Source: Callorhinchus milii
Taxonomy: Eukaryota
Assembly (NCBI RefSeq): GCF_018977255.1
Contig: NW_024705497.1
Coordinates: 1 to 39,556, forward strand
Length of the DNA stretch: 39,556 nucleotides
Reading direction: 5' to 3'
Shown here: one piece after another, positions 11,700-22,760 of the stretch
Layout: each line of letters begins with the position of its first letter
Position numbering within the stretch: the first letter of the stretch is position 1
Notes under the pieces: model-generated
Databases searched by the model: none
What the model was told of the DNA's origin: nothing
What the model saw: only the letters and a program-made list of their open reading frames with translations
Made by a program: the position numbers and the translations under genes

Positions 11700-14128
11700 C
11701 AGACATGGGCAAACTACGGCCCGCGGGCCGTATACGGCCCGTTGGGCTTTTTAATCCGGCCCGCCGAACTTGTTCAACCCGATTTGGTCGTGACTCGAAC
11801 CTAATTTCCCCATTGGATTGTATGTAAATACAATTAATCCGTTCCAGACTCCTACGAACTGTATATAAATATTGTTTTTTAAAGATTATTAAGCACAAAA
11901 ATAGTTAAATACGCCGTAGAATTCAGTGTAATAGTAAACTAAATGTAACAACATTGAATAACACTGAGATAACCTTGAATAACAGAGAAAACTAACATTG
12001 CCGCATCAAGGTTTAGAATCATTCAACAAGATGATTGTTTTGTCTGCTACATCAGTCGGTCGATTCTGAGAGAAAGAGAATATTAGTATGAGCAATTCAT
12101 GTTTCTATTGAAAGTAAATTAACAGTAATATTTGGGTACAGTATTGTTTTTGAAGCATTCACCGTAATATCGTATCAACGTTTACTTCACTGCATCATCG
12201 TATGAATGATGGATTAACGGATTCTTATGTTAGCGATTTACGTACTCGGCGCTTTCGCTCTCTAAATTACGGCTTGAATGAGGGGGAGGGGTATGACTAC
12301 ACTCACAAAATTAATATCTTACTAGGAATTTTATATAACAAAAGTTATATACATAACTGTTACGCTTTGTGTAATTCAACAAAACAAACAACACTTAACT
12401 CCGAGTTCTCTCCAAATTTCACGAGTCCGTTCTAGACCCCACAGTTTTTTTTAAAGAGTTTTAAGCACAGAACACATAATTAAAGTTTAAAAAATCATTA
12501 ATTATACAAACTTTTCAATAATTTCCTTCTTTACTTCGATTTAAATTTTCTTTAAAACCTTCTCACCAACATTGCCACTCATTACCAATTTCTCCGAAGG
12601 CAAGTTTGTAAAAGAATGCATGGTACAGACAGCAGACATCTTGTGTCCGGAGATCAAAAGCACATTTGAAAAAGTCAGCTTATCACGCAGGACTGTGACT
12701 CGCCGTGTGGAGCTGATTGAAAAAAATATATAGCCAGTCAATTAAACAAAAAGTCTGATTCCTTTGAATTATATTTACTAGCACTGGATGAAAGTACGGA
12801 CGTAAAATACACCGCTCAGCTCATTTTTATCCGAGGCATTGACAGTTTTGCGATAACAGAGGAAGTTTTGACCATAGAGTCCCTGAAAAAAACAACGCGG
12901 GGAGAGGACTTGTATAACCAGGTATCTGCTGTCATCGAAAGAATTACGCTACCTCGGAGTAAACTTGTCAATGTCACAACGGATGGATCGACAAATTTAA
13001 CTGGAAAAAATATTGGGCTGCTGAAAAGAATCCAGATTCCAAAGAATACAGGATGAGATGTTACTATCCTTTGTGCAAGCACTTCCAAGAGTTCATGAAC
13101 AGTGAGCCTGGTGAAATTTGGGGAGCGCATCGTCAGTAGTGAACCTTTGGGTCCTAGGGTGTTTCGGCCTTTCATACTATACACCCTCCCCAAAGGCGGC
13201 CAGCGACAGGGTGATCAATCCTACGCTTGCGTCCCATTCCCAATTAGTCATAGGAGTTGCCTTGTTGTTGATAGCCAACATCCCATGGGACTATGCATGG
13301 CAGGGCGTCCTCCTCCCTGAGTCAAGCATTGTTGACTGCATACCTCCTGGCCCTCTCACTTTGGGGCCCAGCTGGATAAAGTGAAAGAGGAAAACCCTGT
13401 CCAGGGTCTTATTTTCCTTCACTGCATCATCCAACAGGAATCCCTGTGTAAGTCTGTATTGCAGCTTAATCGGGTCGTGAATCCAGTCGTAAAACGTGTG
13501 AACTTTATACGAGCAAGGGGACTTCAGCACCGTCAGTTTATTACCTTCCTGGAGGAAACTGTCAAACTGATGCGGATCATCAGGACTTGCTGTACCACTC
13601 TCGTGTCCGCTGGTTAAGTTTGGGGAAAGTGTTACAACGAGTGTGGGAGCTGAAAGAGGACATCATCGCATTTTTGGAGTTGATGGGGAAATCTGACGAA
13701 TTCCCTGAGCTAAGCGACAAGAACTGGCTTAGTGACTTTGCGTTTGCTGTGGACATATTTTCACACATGAATGAGCTGAATGTGAAACTGCAGGGGAAAT
13801 ATCAGTTTGTTCACGACATGTACAAACATGTGAAAGCCTTCAAATCCAGCTCACTTTGTTCTCCGGACAAATTGCGAACAAATCTTTTGCTCATTTCCCC
13901 ACACTTGCCATGCAGGAAGAGGCACCGCGAAACGCAAAAAAATACAGCAAATCACTTGAGGACCTGCACGGAGAATTCTGCCGTAGGTTCTCTGATTTCG
14001 AAAACATTGAACAGTCACTTCAGCTGGTGTCCTGTCCCCTGTCACAAGACCCTGAAACAGCACCACAGGAGCTGCAGTTGGAACTGATAGATCTTCAGTC
14101 TGACTCCGCCCTAAAGGAGAAGTTCAGC
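11700..14128 (+). mobile_element. hAT Buster/Charlie-type DNA transposon, 3' end missing
   Basis: GTCTACAC|CAGACATGGGCAAACTACGGCCCGCGGGCC left end with CGGCCC subterminal repeats; transposase remnants follow; no right TIR. Confidence 0.85.
12585..14125 (+). pseudogene. hAT transposase (GTF2IRD2/SPIN/Buster-like), fragmented
   Basis: FSEGKFVKECM, SLSRRTVTRR, LALDESTD, VTTDGS, HCIIQQESLC, VRWLSLGKVL, ELNVKLQG, LQLELIDLQSD. N-terminal BED finger and C-terminal E/dimerisation region are absent. Confidence 0.9.
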
Positions 14129-14300
14129 CTCAGTACCTGGTGGGATGTGCAACAAAAACATTGCCACTAAGTAGACAAAGGCAGCCGGCTGCGGTGCTGC
14201 CCACTGACACCACCTTATGTGCCGTGCCGGCCTTCATATGTGCCCCCGAACAGCACTTGCCCCAACAGTCTGTTGAGGCTATAGGGGGGATATTTGTCTC
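14125..14300 (+). mobile_element. SINE 3' half (same family as 23818-24112)
   Basis: AGTACCTGG...GACAAAGGC.GCCGG...CCGGCCTTCATA...AACAGCACTTGCCCCAACA...GCTATA.GGGGGAT is shared with the 23.9-kb copy. Confidence 0.8.
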
Positions 14301-14310
14301 TGTATATATG

Positions 14311-14890
14311 TGTAGCAGGTTCAACTGAGTCACACTCTTAGACTTGGAGGCAGTGCATTTATTTAGTTCCAACACAACGGCGTGACTTCACCCTTAAACC
14401 AGACAGGTGGTGACCACCCTGGCTAATTACACTGGTTACTGAGTAACTATTAACTGCAGACCGGGACCAACAACATACTGCCCGGGTCCACGTGCTGGAA
14501 GACTCACAGAACGGAATCGTAGACGAAGGGTTTCTTCGCCGGGACGGACAACCAAGATCCCTCTCCGGACTCGGCTTATATTCTCTCCGGCGTGGCCGGT
14601 TCCACCCTTGACCACGCCCCCCCCCCTTCCAAAACCATCAGGAAGAACATCATAGCCCCCTCTTCGGGGGACTCCTGTCATTCAAACTGGTCATGTGTCC
14701 TCCCGGGTCAACCAGAGTGTCATGGCCTTACCCGACCTTACCCTTAGGTTGGCACACACACTGTGCCCTCTAGGTCCGTCACTCCACTTACAGCATGGTG
14801 CCATCCAGCGATGTCGCTACATCGCACACCGTGCCCCTCTAGGGCCGGTACTGCACCCACAGCATGGTGACATCCAGTGATGTCACTACA
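14311..14890 (-). mobile_element. Solo LTR (580 bp)
   Basis: TGTAG...CTACA ends; flanks TATG/TATT; minus-strand TATAA (~14577) and AATAAA (~14360). Confidence 0.8.
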
Positions 14891-15615
14891 TATTTATAAG
14901 GTTTCCAACATGCTGAAGAGAATGTAATTAGGAGAAACTGTGTCAAAACACCTCATTCTATATTCCACCCACATACTTTTTTCTTATAGATTCTATATTT
15001 AAATTTAGAATGGCATAATAATGTTTGGGAAGCCACAAGAACACGAAACAATTTAAATGTATGCAAAAAAATTACTTTTCAGAATTAAATAAATGAAACA
15101 AATAAAAAAAGAAAGAACCATTGCCTTCAACAAACAATCCTCGGTTGATCATTATCATGCATACAATGTTTCAATATATTTGCGTTATTGTCAGAATCAG
15201 AATCTTTATTTACCCTGGAGAAATCCGATGACTTACGAAGCTTTTTTTCACAGATGTCCATTGTGCTTTCAGTGGTCACAGGTGGGACTGGCACAAGGAA
15301 TTATCAGGGGCATGTGGGAACGTGTATGTCATTGGGTTAGCTCTGAGACCACACGATGTGAAAGCTACCAGAATAATAAGCTAGCGCGGTCCAATTTTCA
15401 CATTTCGTTCCTATCAGGCATTTTGTCACTCTGTGATTGCAAGTGTCATTTTGTTTTACAATAATTATACCTTTAGCAACGAGAGCAAGGTGTTTTTTCA
15501 AGCAATGCAGCTGGTGTTACTGGCATGTTATGGGGGGGGGGGTGAACGGATATGTCGGCAGCATGCCATGGTGACTCTGCTACTGCGTGGAATGGTGTTT
15601 TGTAATTTGTACAGG

Positions 15616-16203
15616 TGTAGTGTGTTGTATGGAGGCACACACTGGAGTTGGAGGCAACACGTTGATTTAACAGCTTCCCAACAGGGTAACTCTAAACGTA
15701 CACTGGTTCAACATGTGAATGATAGCTACACGGTTAACTATGTGAGTAGCGGGTTAACTACACGAACGGGTCAGTCAGCTTACATGCTGCCTGACCAAGA
15801 TGCAGAGTGCAGACCCAAGAGACGTAGCACCCAGGGTTGATTCCACAGACGAGCCTTGATTCCTCTCGGGCTTCCCCTTTATCCCTTCCGAGCACCGCCT
15901 TGCTCCACCTTCAGTCATGCCCCCCTCTGGATTTTGCCAGAAGACCTCGGCTCCCTGTCACGTGTCCCTCGAGCCCCCTTCGGCTCCCCTTGCTACCCTG
16001 CCTCGGTCACGTGCCCTCTCAGGTTCATACGGAGTAGCATGTCCTCATTTTCCCTCGTCCCACCCTCGCCAGAACCATGCCCCGATGGCCAGCTTCCATG
16101 TCAACCTATGGCCTGGTGGCAGAGAGGACTCCTGACATGCGTTTCCACTCCTGCGATAGTAGCTTGCGCTAAGCGCCGTAGTCACTCCAATAACGTCACT
16201 ACA
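15616..16203 (-). mobile_element. Solo LTR (588 bp)
   Basis: TGTAGTG...CACTACA 7-bp inverted ends with perfect CAGG TSD; minus-strand start TGTAGTGAC as in the 9917 and 14890 LTRs. Confidence 0.85.
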
Positions 16204-17878
16204 CAGGTACTTTTTGTTGGATAAACATTAAAATAGATCATTGCATCATGGTGTCATTTAGGGTACTTGTTAACTGGTAATTTGGAAATATATTTGACGT
16301 GACTTTTGCAACATTATACAATTTACACTACTTATATATATACACATTATTACAATGCAGACGTTAAATTCGTACTGTTTGGCGGTGTAATTATGACAAA
16401 AAGATATGTCATTTATCCTAAACTATTTCATTCTTGACATGACATAATATGTACAGTATTTGAGTTAGTGATACCGCGTTAACAGCAGTACACAAAATAA
16501 CAAAAAGCTCAACACATTCGCCAATAACGCTGCATTAAAAGGATTAAGTATAAATTACATTTCGAGCAATGACCCTTCTTCATAGCGCGTGAAGAGAAGG
16601 GTTATTGCTCAAATGATTGCCTATTATACCTTTCCTTTTAAGGTGGTGTTATCAACGAATGTTTTTTTATACACGATACAGTCTTCCCTTCCTCTCAGTG
16701 ATGGGATAACTACTTTTTTACTTTTAATTAATGTGTTATTTTACGTCTTGAGTTCACCAAGCTGCAACTTTATACACATATATTGTTGATTCTGTAACAC
16801 TTAAAATTGCCGGAAGGTAATACAGTATATAGCAGGGGTCCTCAAACTACGGCCCGCGGGCCACATGCGGCCCGCCGAGGACATTTATCCGGCCCGCCGG
16901 GTGTTTTTGCCGCCGCTGCCTGTCTGTTACTTTTTTTCTGCATGAGAAGGACGGTCATTGGTGGAAGAGGGAGAGGGGGCGGAGTTTCCCCCAATCAGAC
17001 TGCATTGATGGGCAGTGCAGTCTGTATGTCTCTGTGTGGGCAAAGTTATTGCTGGTATATTGTTTTTGTAGCGCTGTATATATATTGGTATTTTACTAAT
17101 AGCAATTTTGACTCCCTAGGAAACAATGATGTCAAGAAAGAGAAAAATTGACTCGGAGTGTAGGATATTCAAAGAACAGTGGACTTATGATTACTTTTTC
17201 ATGCAGTACAAGGAAAGAGCTGTGTGTCTGATATGCCAGAATATAGTGTCTGTGTTCAAAGAATACAATTTACGTCAACACTATAAAACTCAACATAAAG
17301 ATAAATATGCTTGTTTGGTCGGAGAAGTGAGAAAAGATAAAATATTAAAACTGAAAAATACATTAACAACTCAGCGAAATAGTTTTGTGAAGCAGAAGCA
17401 GCTAAATATTTCATCACTGCGAGCAAGTTTTCAAGTTGCCAAGCTAATAGCATGCACTGGCAGACCATTCGTGGAGGGAGAATTTGTTAAAGAATGCCTT
17501 CTTTCTGTTGCCAAAGAGATGTGTCCAGAGAAGGCCGATTTATTTAGTACAGTGAGTCTTTTAGGACCTACAATTACACGGAGGATTGAAGAAATGGGAG
17601 ACAATTTGCATCAGCATTTGCAAAACTCCACAAAAAAACTTTCCTATTTTTCCTTGGCACTCGACGAAAGCAATGATGTTCGTGATTCTGCACAACTTCA
17701 AATTTTTATTCGTGCGACGAATGACTATTTCGAAGTCACAGAAGAGCTTGCTGCACTGCAAAGCATCAAAGGAACAACTACAGGAGAGGATATCTTTCGA
17801 TTTAAAGCTTTCGTGACTGCAGGGATTCATCTTCTTGGTTCTTTCGGTAAAGTCACATAGAAGGGAAGTAATAAAATA

Positions 17879-17927
17879 ATTCTCACGACGTTTCGGCCAC
17901 AACGCAAGCAGCCGTCCTCAGGTGAAA
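17879..17927 (-). ncRNA. Minimal hammerhead ribozyme
   Basis: Reverse complement: TTTCAC-CTGAGGA-C-GGCTGC-TTGCGTT-GTGGCC-GAAA-CGTC-GTGAGAA. Confidence 0.85.
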
Positions 17928-18272
17928 ACCAGGTCTGTTGGGGAGACAGCGTCTGAATGAAACAGCACACGAGCTTGGAGCATATATAAGCTGGGTTGGA
18001 AGCGGGGGAAAGAGCGCCTTGACAAAATAATTTCATATCAAGAGGAATTTAGCATATTTATGGGAAATGCAGGAATGTGATTAGTACTACATATGCCCGT
18101 GCTGCATATGTAGTACTAATAACATTCCTGCATGTCCCATAAATATGCTAAATTCCTCTTGATATGCAAATTATTTGTCAAGGCGCTCTTTCCCCCGTTT
18201 CCAACCCAGCTTATATATGCTCCAAGCTCGTGTGCTGTTTCATTCAGACGCTGTCTCCCCGACAGACCTGGC

Positions 18273-18320
18273 TTTCACCTGAGGACGGCTGCTTGCGTTG
18301 TGGCCGAAACGTCGTGAGAA
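18273..18320 (+). ncRNA. Minimal hammerhead ribozyme
   Basis: TTTCAC-CTGAGGA-C-GGCTGC-TTGCGTT-GTGGCC-GAAA-CGTC-GTGAGAA. Confidence 0.85.
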
Positions 18321-19830
18321 TTATTTTATTATGTTTTATTTTTATTATTTTATTACTTCCCTTCTACGTGACTTTACCGAAAGAACCAAGAAGAGAGGAT
18401 ATCTATGAAAAGGTTTGCCAAACTGTGAATGGTTTGGAGCTGAACTGGGCTAAACTAGCCAGTGTGACAACTGATGGTGCTCCTAGCATGGTGGGGTCTA
18501 AGAAAGGAGTAATTGCTCGCATTAACCAAGAGATGGACAAACATAACCATTCTCATCCAATAGCCATACACTGCCTCATCCACCAACAAGCGCTGTGTAG
18601 TAAATCACTGAAGTGGGACTCGGTTATGAAATTTGTGGTATCTTGTGTTAACTTCATTAGAGCTCATGCACTAAACCACAGACAATTTCAGGCATTTCTG
18701 TCTGAGCTAAATGTTGACTATGAAGATGTTCTGTATCACACAGAAGTCCGTTGGCTGAGTCGAGGGAGAGTTTTGAAACGTTTCTATGACTTACTTCCAC
18801 AGATTACAGCTTTTCTGCTTTAAAAAAACAAAGAAGTACCAGAGCTCAATGATGCAGAATGGAAATGGCACCTTGCCTTTCTGACAGATGTAACAGAGCT
18901 ACTCAACAGTTTCAATGTGCAACTTCAAGGAAAGGGGAAGCTCATCTGTGATATGCAATCACATGTCAAAGCATTTGAAGTAATATTAGGCCTCCTCATC
19001 AAACAAGTGAAGGAGGAAAACTTCTGCCATCTCCCCACAACTCAAAATCTGTTAGCGGAAAAACCATTGGTTGCATTCCCAAACAAAACGTGTGGATTCA
19101 CTGGAAAAATTGCAAAAGGAGTTCCAATTTGGATTTAAAGAGCTTCATCTCCATGAACAGGACATACAGCTTTTCCGTAACCCATTTTCTATTGACATTG
19201 AAAATGTGGATACAATTTACCAAATGGAACTGGCTGAACTGCAGAATTGTGACTCTCTGAAAGACGCATTCAAGTCAAGCAGCCTTCATAATTTCTATGC
19301 ATCTCTCCCCTCTGAGACATATCCTCATCTCAGGAACCATGCACTCAAAATGGCAACCATCTTTGGCAGCACTTATGTCTGTGAACAGACTTTTTCCAGA
19401 ATGAAACATTTGAAATCTCCAACCAGATCTAGACTAATGGATGCACACTTGCATCACTTGTTACGACTAGCAGTGACAAATATGGAACCGGACATTGACC
19501 ATCTCATTAGCCAAAAGCAGGCCCATAGTTCCCATTGAAATACTGGCAAGTTTGTTGATTTAACTTTACTTGTTCTTCATTTTAAATATTGTATTTATTC
19601 CCGTTTTGTTTCTTCACTTCAAAATAAGATATATGCAGTGTGCATAGGAATTTGTTCATAGTTTTTTTTAACTATAGTCCGGCCCTCCAACGGTCTGAGG
19701 GACAGTGAACTGGCCCCCTGTTTAAAAAGTTTGAGGACCCCTGTTCTAAGGTATAGGGTGGTGTATAGTAATACAGTATATAATTTAACGCTGGGTTTGT
19801 CTATGGCAGCATATAGTACGGGGTGAGTGT

Positions 19831-19886
19831 GAAATGGACTCGAACCTGCACCTCTGCATTGCAAGTGCAGTGAGCTGACGCCCCCC
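19831..19886 (-). pseudogene. tRNA-Ala(TGC)-like fragment lacking most of the D arm
   Basis: Reverse complement GGGGGGCGTCAGCTCA-CTGCA-CTTGCAA-TGCAG-AGGTGCAG-GTTCGAGTCC: perfect anticodon stem-loop and B box. Confidence 0.55.
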
Positions 19887-20236
19887 GCGTGTGGAGGGTA
19901 AAGTTGTGGGTACACCCACCCCGCTCCAACGGGTCTGGACCAGCGTGGAAGAGTAGACCAAATACTCCACATCGCGGCCTCTAGTGGAGGCCATTGCTGC
20001 CACGACAACAAATCCGTCCCTCCAGATACAAAACAACTAAATGTAACTCATCCCATCAGCCACAATCTGGCAGTGCCTCTCCTCATCATCATCAGCAGCA
20101 GGCCGCGCTCTGCTTGGAGCAGCGCCGTGAACTCAGCAGGCGCCCAGAGCGTAACGGCTGTGAGCCAGGCGCCTCCTCTGCCTCCCCTCTCCACCACCGC
20201 CACTGCTGATGTGTCCACACCGTGCAAGGTTCTCAC

Positions 20237-20494
20237 CTTGTTCGGGCTGAGTCGATGTAGAGGAGGACCAGCCAGCGAGCCGCCGCTTCAGCAGCGACGG
20301 TGGCCGCGAGCGGGAATCCGAATCAGCCGCTCGCCACCCACAATGCACAGCGCTGCCTCCCCTCGCCCCTGCCTCGGCGGGGGGAGGGGCGGGGGAGAGG
20401 GGGCGGGGCGAGGGGGTGGGCATGGGGGGGTCGAGGGGAGGGGGAGGGGCTCAGGGCTCCACGTCTCGGTGGGCGTGGTCACCTGGTACCGCCC
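20237..20494 (-). promoter_or_regulatory. CpG/GC-box-rich promoter-like segment with possible first exon
   Basis: GGGGCGGGG clusters at 20378-20450; minus-strand splice-donor consensus AAG|GTGAGA at 20237/20236. Confidence 0.35.
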
Positions 20495-21480
20495 TGTTGT
20501 GTCTATACCCTTTTTTTATTAAGAACAATTCAAAAAAAAATATTTTTATTTTATTTTATCTATATATCTTTTCACTTCTCACTTCTCCTCACAAGCACAC
20601 CAGGAATCCATGAAACATGGAGGGCGGTTAAAATGTTGAGAATTCGGTCACAAAGAGGTCATAGACATCCAGACGGACAAAAGATGTATGGACTAGCCTC
20701 CCAAGACATCTGGAGATGTACAGATAAGGTGCAGAGTAAATAACGGTTGCAACTCACGTTTTCTTAACGTTTTCCTTACCGAAAAGTAGAAACTTAACAA
20801 AGATAATTAACCAACAAACAATAATATTTTTACTATTATTATATGTTTCCTACCTACACGACCTTGCTAAAAACTAAAGAGTACGAATTCCAGAAAGCTT
20901 AAGTGGAAACATAGTTACGCTTAACCTCAGGACATTAAAATATAACTCAGAATAAAACACCAATCTCTGGAGAACTAAACTTGGCGAAGCCCAAAATAAT
21001 AATGTGATGAGGATCATTACGAATATTCATTAAACATAGACGAATGATAACCACGATACTAAGACCGAAGGAACTCATAAAATATAATTCAAAAATAAAT
21101 GTAACACACAGGACCACATAAATGTATTGCAAACATCTCCTAAGCCACCTTTGTCTTCCAGCGGGTCTGGCAAGCAAAGAGGGAGCAAAAAGGTCACAGG
21201 GGGAATCGGTGCCTGACATTCCAAAGATATTTTTTTTATTCTGTTTGTTTTCTCTCGCAAGAGACGCGGAGAGAGGAGAGGGTGCTCGCGTTTTGGAGTT
21301 AAACACGGCCGCCTTTGTCTCCCCGCAGCACAAACAGATGGGTCAGGAATGCTTGGAGGGTTAGGAAAGGTCGCGGGGGTGTCTGCTTCTTCTCGCTCTG
21401 TTTGTGTTTTTTGCCCGCTCGCAAGGAATGCCAGAGAGGGGAGTCACGTTTTAAGTTAGGCACAGGCACACACACATGAC

Positions 21481-22140
21481 GAGCAGTCTGGGTTGAGTCG
21501 TGCTCAGTCTCGCAACTCGGCTTGCGACGCGGTGTTGCGACGGAGCTCGCAAGAGAGCGGAGGCGCGTCGTGCCTCGAGGAGAGATGGAACGACGAGACA
21601 TCGTTAAAGTGACAGTCTGAGAGCAGTCTGGGTTGAGTCGCGCTCAGTCTCGAAACTCGGCTTGCGACGTGGTGTTGCGACGGGGCTCGCAAGAGAGCGG
21701 AGGCGCGTCGTGCCTCGAGGAGAGATGGAACGACGAGACATCGTTAAAGTGACAGTCTGAGAGCAGTCTGTCCGAGTCGCGCTCAGTCTCGCAACTCGGC
21801 TTGCGACGTGGTGTTGCGACGGGGCTCGCAAGAGAGCGGAGGAGCGTCGTGCCTTGAGGAGAGATGGAACGACGAGACATCGTTAAAGTGACAGTCTGAG
21901 AGCAGTCTGGGTTGAGTCGTGCTCAGTCTCGCAACTCGGCGTGCGACGCGGCGTGGCGACGGGGCTCGCAAGAGAGTTGGGGCAGATCGTGCCTCGAGGA
22001 GAGATGGGACGACGAGGGGTCAGAGAGTGACCGCCTGAGAGCAATCTGTCCAAGTCGCGCTCAGTCTCGCAACTCGGCTTGCGACGCAGCGTTGCGACGG
22101 GGGCTCGCAAGAGAGCTGGGGCGGTTGTGCCTCGAGAAGT
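21481..22140. repeat. CpG-rich tandem repeat, 139-140-bp unit, ~4.7 copies (inside LTR A)
   Basis: GAGCAGTCTG unit starts at 21481, 21621, 21761, 21900 and 22039. Confidence 0.92.
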
Positions 22141-22532
22141 GATGGAACGAGGAGGAGTCGTTCGAGTCGCAGAAGTCTGAGTTCAACCTGGGTCGGGGCT
22201 GGGTTTCAGCCGTGCTCCGGCTGGCGGAGCGTCGTGAGGACACGAAACACCGATGCCGATAGCAGGTGTCGCTTCTCGCAGAACGAAGTTAAGTGCGAGT
22301 GAAGCTGGCAGCTGCACGAACAAGGGAAGCACGGAGCAGAGAGAGTGACGAGTGACGACAAGCAATCAACCTGTAAAAGGGCGGAGATCGCCAAGCGTCG
22401 ACCAAGTGTGTAAAACAGAGAGCGCGAAGCAGTGGAGAAAGCCTGGTCAAACGGCTGTGAGGAAGAGGACAGCACCATCGAATGCGCCGTGTGTTTGAGG
22501 GCACACCTACCAAAGACCAGTGTAAACAGACA

Positions 22533-22760
22533 AGACGTCACCGGGCGTCACCGAGCGTCGTGCCAACTCGTCATCCAGCAGTGGAGAGAGAAAGAGCGCA
22601 AGAGCAGCACGACTCGGACGTCACCGGGCGTCACCGAGCGTCGTGCCAACTCGTCATCTAGCAGTAGAGGGAGAGAGAGCGCAAGAGCAGCACGACTCGG
22701 ACGTCACCGGGCGTCACCGAGCGTCGTGCCAACTCGTCATCCAGCAGTGGAGAGAGAGAG
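22533..22760. repeat. Tandem repeat, ~83-bp unit, ~3 copies (inside LTR A)
   Basis: GACGTCACCGGGCGTCACCGAGCGTCGTGCCAACTCGTCATC at ~22533, 22617 and 22700. Confidence 0.9.

Larger units (their letters stand above)
17796..18392. mobile_element. Palindromic Penelope-like insertion: two inverted pseudo-LTRs
   Basis: TSD GAGAGGATATCT (17784-17795 and 18393-18404). Arms are inverted about a 7-nt loop at 18097-18103; only the left arm has the 34-nt tail (17796-17829). Confidence 0.92.
17126..19538 (+). pseudogene. hAT transposase (~600 aa when reconstructed)
   Basis: BED finger CLIC...HY...H, ALDES, TTDGA, HCLIHQQ, RWLS, CEQTFS, RSRL. Disrupted by the PLE insertion (17796-18404), a stop at 18821 and a frameshift near 19090. 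Confidence 0.95.
16833..19743 (+). mobile_element. Full-length hAT transposon, OposCharlie1/OC1-like
   Basis: Perfect 16-bp TIR CAGGGGTCCTCAAACT / AGTTTGAGGACCCCTG. The right end CCGGCCCTCCAACGGTCTGAGGGACAGTGAACTGGCCCCCTG matches OC1-type ends as I recall them. Flanks GTATATAG and TTCTAAGG do not match each other. Confidence 0.9.

Noticed and set aside
15241..15290. Possible micro-exon (TTTTTTCACAG...CAG|GTGGGA)
   Set aside because: Splice-like signals alone, with no partner exons or homology.
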